Of a stretch of 64,000 nt of DNA, positions 59,731 through 64,000 are shown piece by piece (position 1 is the stretch's first letter; the number at the start of each line of letters is the position of its first letter). The position numbers and the translations under genes are program-made. The DNA comes from an uncultured delta proteobacterium. Its GTDB lineage: Bacteria; Myxococcota_A; Polyangia; Fen-1088. Under the pieces are notes generated by a model. The model ran no database searches, was not told the origin of the DNA, and saw nothing but the letters and a program-made list of their open reading frames with translations. Where the stretch lies: contig CAVWIP010000001.1 in NCBI GenBank assembly GCA_963755125.1, forward strand, positions 160,001 to 224,000, written 5' to 3'.

Positions 59731-60326
59731 TCTTTCTCTCCTGATGGCGAGCCGGTCGTACCGATGGCTTCGCCGAGTTTGTCGAGGCGCTTGTCCAGTC
59801 GTCCCATGCGAGGAACCAGGTCCTGGGCAAAGCGCTTCAGCTCTTCTGTGTACGTGGTTTGAATACTGCCAAGCTCCTCATGGGCTGCGGCCATAGCTTC
59901 CATTTCCTTGCGCACCGGAGTGGGTCGCGTCCCGGTCACCAGCCGGCAGCGTCGTCCTAGTCCCAGCCACTGCGCCCGCCAAACCGCACCTTCGTCGGCC
60001 CAGCGCTGCAGTTCATCGGCATCGTCGTTGGCCAGAAGGTGATGAGATCGTTCCAGGTACTTCCGCAGCGCGACTGACACGTCCCGCAGTTCGCCGAAGC
60101 AATTGGCCATCTCTGCCTTCGACACCCGAGCGCCAATCTCGTCGCCGGCTGGAAGCGCGTGCCGCCGCCGGTACAGGCTCACGCTCACCGACAGCAAAAG
60201 GTACAGGCTGCCGAGTGCAATGACTGAAAGGATCGTCCAGGAAACCAGTTTTCGATATTGCCGGAATTCTTGGGCTGGTTGTTTTGTAGGTAAAGACACG
60301 GTTCTTGGGGGCGACGAGAAATCCAC
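59727..60326 (-). CDS. Hypothetical membrane-anchored helical protein
   Basis: One TM segment; stop overlaps the helicase start; start uncertain. Confidence 0.55.
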   Translation of the reverse strand: MDFSSPPRTVSLPTKQPAQEFRQYRKLVSWTILSVIALGSLYLLLSVSVSLYRRRHALPAGDEIGARVSKAEMANCFGELRDVSVALRKYLERSHHLLANDDADELQRWADEGAVWRAQWLGLGRRCRLVTGTRPTPVRKEMEAMAAAHEELGSIQTTYTEELKRFAQDLVPRMGRLDKRLDKLGEAIGTTGSPSGEKE

Positions 60327-60459
60327 CCCTGCCCGTCGAAGGGGGCTCCCAGCGAGGAGCGCGCGTCGCCGGAGCGCCGGCGAGTAGGTATAAGCTACGA
60401 GGCCAAAGGCCCCTTGTCAAACTTCATCGTGATTCATCGGGCGACCGCAGGTCGCACCG

Positions 60460-60983
60460 CTACGGGCACGTCAGATCGACGACCCAGGTCGTGCGCACCA
60501 CGAAGCCAGGCGATTTGGCGGGCAACGAATCGAGCTGCAAGTCAGCGGGCGCCTGATCGGGCGACAGGAACGGCCGGTCTGCCACTGACAGCGTCACTCG
60601 GTGCGAGGCCAGCCCCGAGGCGATCTGGTCGTCCGAGCAGCTAGGAGCAAACTGGATGGTCTCGCGATTGACGGCACCGCTGGGTGGCAACCTTGCCTCG
60701 AGTGCCAGGCGCGAGATGGAAGCGTCATAGGGCGGGTAGTCGATGAGCCAACGAGCCACGAGGATGTCGTCCAGGTTGGGGTCGCCAAGAGTGACTTGAA
60801 TGGTGTCTGTCGGGTCTGTGGAAGTGGGCAGCTGCGCGCCTGCGGTCGGGACGCTGCTGACCACGAAGGGTGGGTAGTTCTCAGACGGATCCTCGAACTG
60901 CGGCGCCACCGGGACAACGCAGGCGCAGGCCCACAGGGGCAGGGCGGCCAGCCAAAATCGCGATGAAAATCCGGCTTGCCAGG

Positions 60984-60987
<4 letters not shown>
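60460..60987 (-). CDS. Hypothetical lipoprotein
   Basis: Lipobox-like LWACAC; start overlaps the stop of the upstream activator. Confidence 0.55.
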
Positions 60988-62819
<1,832 letters not shown>

Positions 62820-62843
62820 GGCTCGCAGTTTCTCCGGTTCTGG

Positions 62844-63761
62844 TCAGAAACGGAAGTACAGACCGGGGCCAAGCGCGTCGCCGACCAGGACGGGCAGAAT
62901 GTGCGGCGCGCTTGACTGGATGGCGAGGTGGCCGGAAGAAATCGGCGCCAGCGGGATTTCGGGCCGGAAGTAGTACAGGGCGTCGGCGATGCCCAGGCCG
63001 ACGGCGACAAAGAACGCCGCGCCGCTCGCGACCTGCGTGCGCAAAAGCCAGCGCGACCGGTTCTCGTCGGTATAGTCGATGTCCTCCGGCAGGCAGGGGT
63101 TGGCCCCGCTGTCATAGCGACAGCCCCGTTTGGGCTGCGACCCGTACAGCGCGAAGTTGGTCGAGAAGGCCGCCACGGAGACCGCGGCCAGCAGGACCTC
63201 CACCGTCAGAAAGGTCCAACCCTTGATCCGATGGCCATTCTGAAACTGTCCCGCGCCGAAGGGGACGAAGTTGACTGCGAAGGAATTACGGCCGAAGCGC
63301 TTCTCGATGATGGCCGGCCCGGCCCGCAGTTTCTCGCACTCCTCGCGGTCGCGCTGGCGCGCCAGCACCGCCTCTCGCTGCCTTGCCTCTAGGGTCTCGA
63401 CTTCGGCCTCATGGGCACGCAGAACCCCATTGAAGAGATCCACCACCTGGGGCGGATCGAGCAAAGGATCGAAGCGGTAGTCGGGCCGCAGTTGCAGGAG
63501 GCTGCGGAACTCCTGGGCGGCAGCGTCGTTGTGGCCCTGAAACAGTTCGGCCACCCCGAGCATGCGGTGGGCCTGCACTATCTGGCCCTCCGATTCCAGG
63601 CGGATTTCGGGGTAGAGCAGGGGCCGCAGGATCTCGATGGCCCGGGCATACTCGCCACGGTCAAATGATGTCTTGCCACGCCGAAGCTCGTCGGCCGCCG
63701 GCAACGGAGCGGCGTTGGGCGCTGCCTGGAAGAGCAGGAGAACGACGATTCCCACGCACAC
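62844..63761 (-). CDS. TPR-like exported/membrane protein
   Basis: Signal-like start, helical TPR-like repeats, PFGAGQFQNG motif and TM segments. Confidence 0.6.
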   Translation of the reverse strand: MCVGIVVLLLFQAAPNAAPLPAADELRRGKTSFDRGEYARAIEILRPLLYPEIRLESEGQIVQAHRMLGVAELFQGHNDAAAQEFRSLLQLRPDYRFDPLLDPPQVVDLFNGVLRAHEAEVETLEARQREAVLARQRDREECEKLRAGPAIIEKRFGRNSFAVNFVPFGAGQFQNGHRIKGWTFLTVEVLLAAVSVAAFSTNFALYGSQPKRGCRYDSGANPCLPEDIDYTDENRSRWLLRTQVASGAAFFVAVGLGIADALYYFRPEIPLAPISSGHLAIQSSAPHILPVLVGDALGPGLYFRF

Positions 63762-63762
63762 G

Positions 63763-64000
63763 TTACTGATCCAACCGCACGGTTACTTGCCGCGATTCTC
63801 CCGCGGTGATGTTGACACGCTCAGTGAGGGTTTTTTCTCCAAGAAAGACCACGACGTCCAGACTCTTGCGCATCTCGTCGCCGACGTCAAAGGGAACCGG
63901 AACTCTTTCGCCCGCACGAACCGTGGTGCGCCAGGGGTTCGGCCGTCCATCACTCACCTCGCGCACCAGAATGCTGGCCTCGGCGCGCGCCGGCTGCAAG
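63763..64000 (-). CDS. C-terminal part of a gene running off the window
   Basis: Open frame from the window edge ending just before the TPR gene. Confidence 0.45.
   Translation of the reverse strand, partial: LQPARAEASILVREVSDGRPNPWRTTVRAGERVPVPFDVGDEMRKSLDVVVFLGEKTLTERVNITAGESRQVTVRLDQ

Noticed and set aside
60307..60360. GC-rich hairpins resembling the palindromic repeat or an ncRNA
   Set aside because: Only a short partial match (TGGGAGCC); no second end motif or recognisable RNA signature.

Overview
High-GC bacterial chromosome segment. Gene content (AgmX/PglI-type domain, FHA-GAF sigma54 activator, Ser/Thr kinase, Cys/Gly-rich kelch lipoprotein) suggests Myxococcota; this is an inference. 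Both flanks are mostly housekeeping: glgA/glgE/galU, priA, fmt, tRNA-Pro, yacG, pyrK/pyrD, glnB/glnA, psd, sigma70, comEC, IHF/HU, hrpB, ubiB-family kinase, rnc, cca and a DEAD-box helicase. The centre (about 26.5-43.0 kb) holds two islands integrated in tandem at the 3' end of tRNA-Glu(CTC), delimited by three copies of the tRNA 3' end (26522, 32905, 42960). Island 1 (about 6.4 kb) is a compact, apparently autonomous integrative rolling-circle element. It encodes an HTH regulator, a pC194-like nick site (CTTGATA), an HUH Rep, an unusual SSB-like protein, an excisionase, a tyrosine integrase and a kelch lipoprotein cargo, with no transfer or virion genes visible. Island 2 (10,055 bp) has no integrase but shares a 187-bp right-end arm and a terminal UPF0175/DUF3368 toxin-antitoxin locus with island 1. 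It carries a decaying defence set: Fic, a broken type I R-M system, DUF2806 and an IS3-disrupted DUF4145 gene. A short palindromic repeat occurs once between genes and once in frame inside hrpB. All family assignments come from motif recognition by eye, not database searches.
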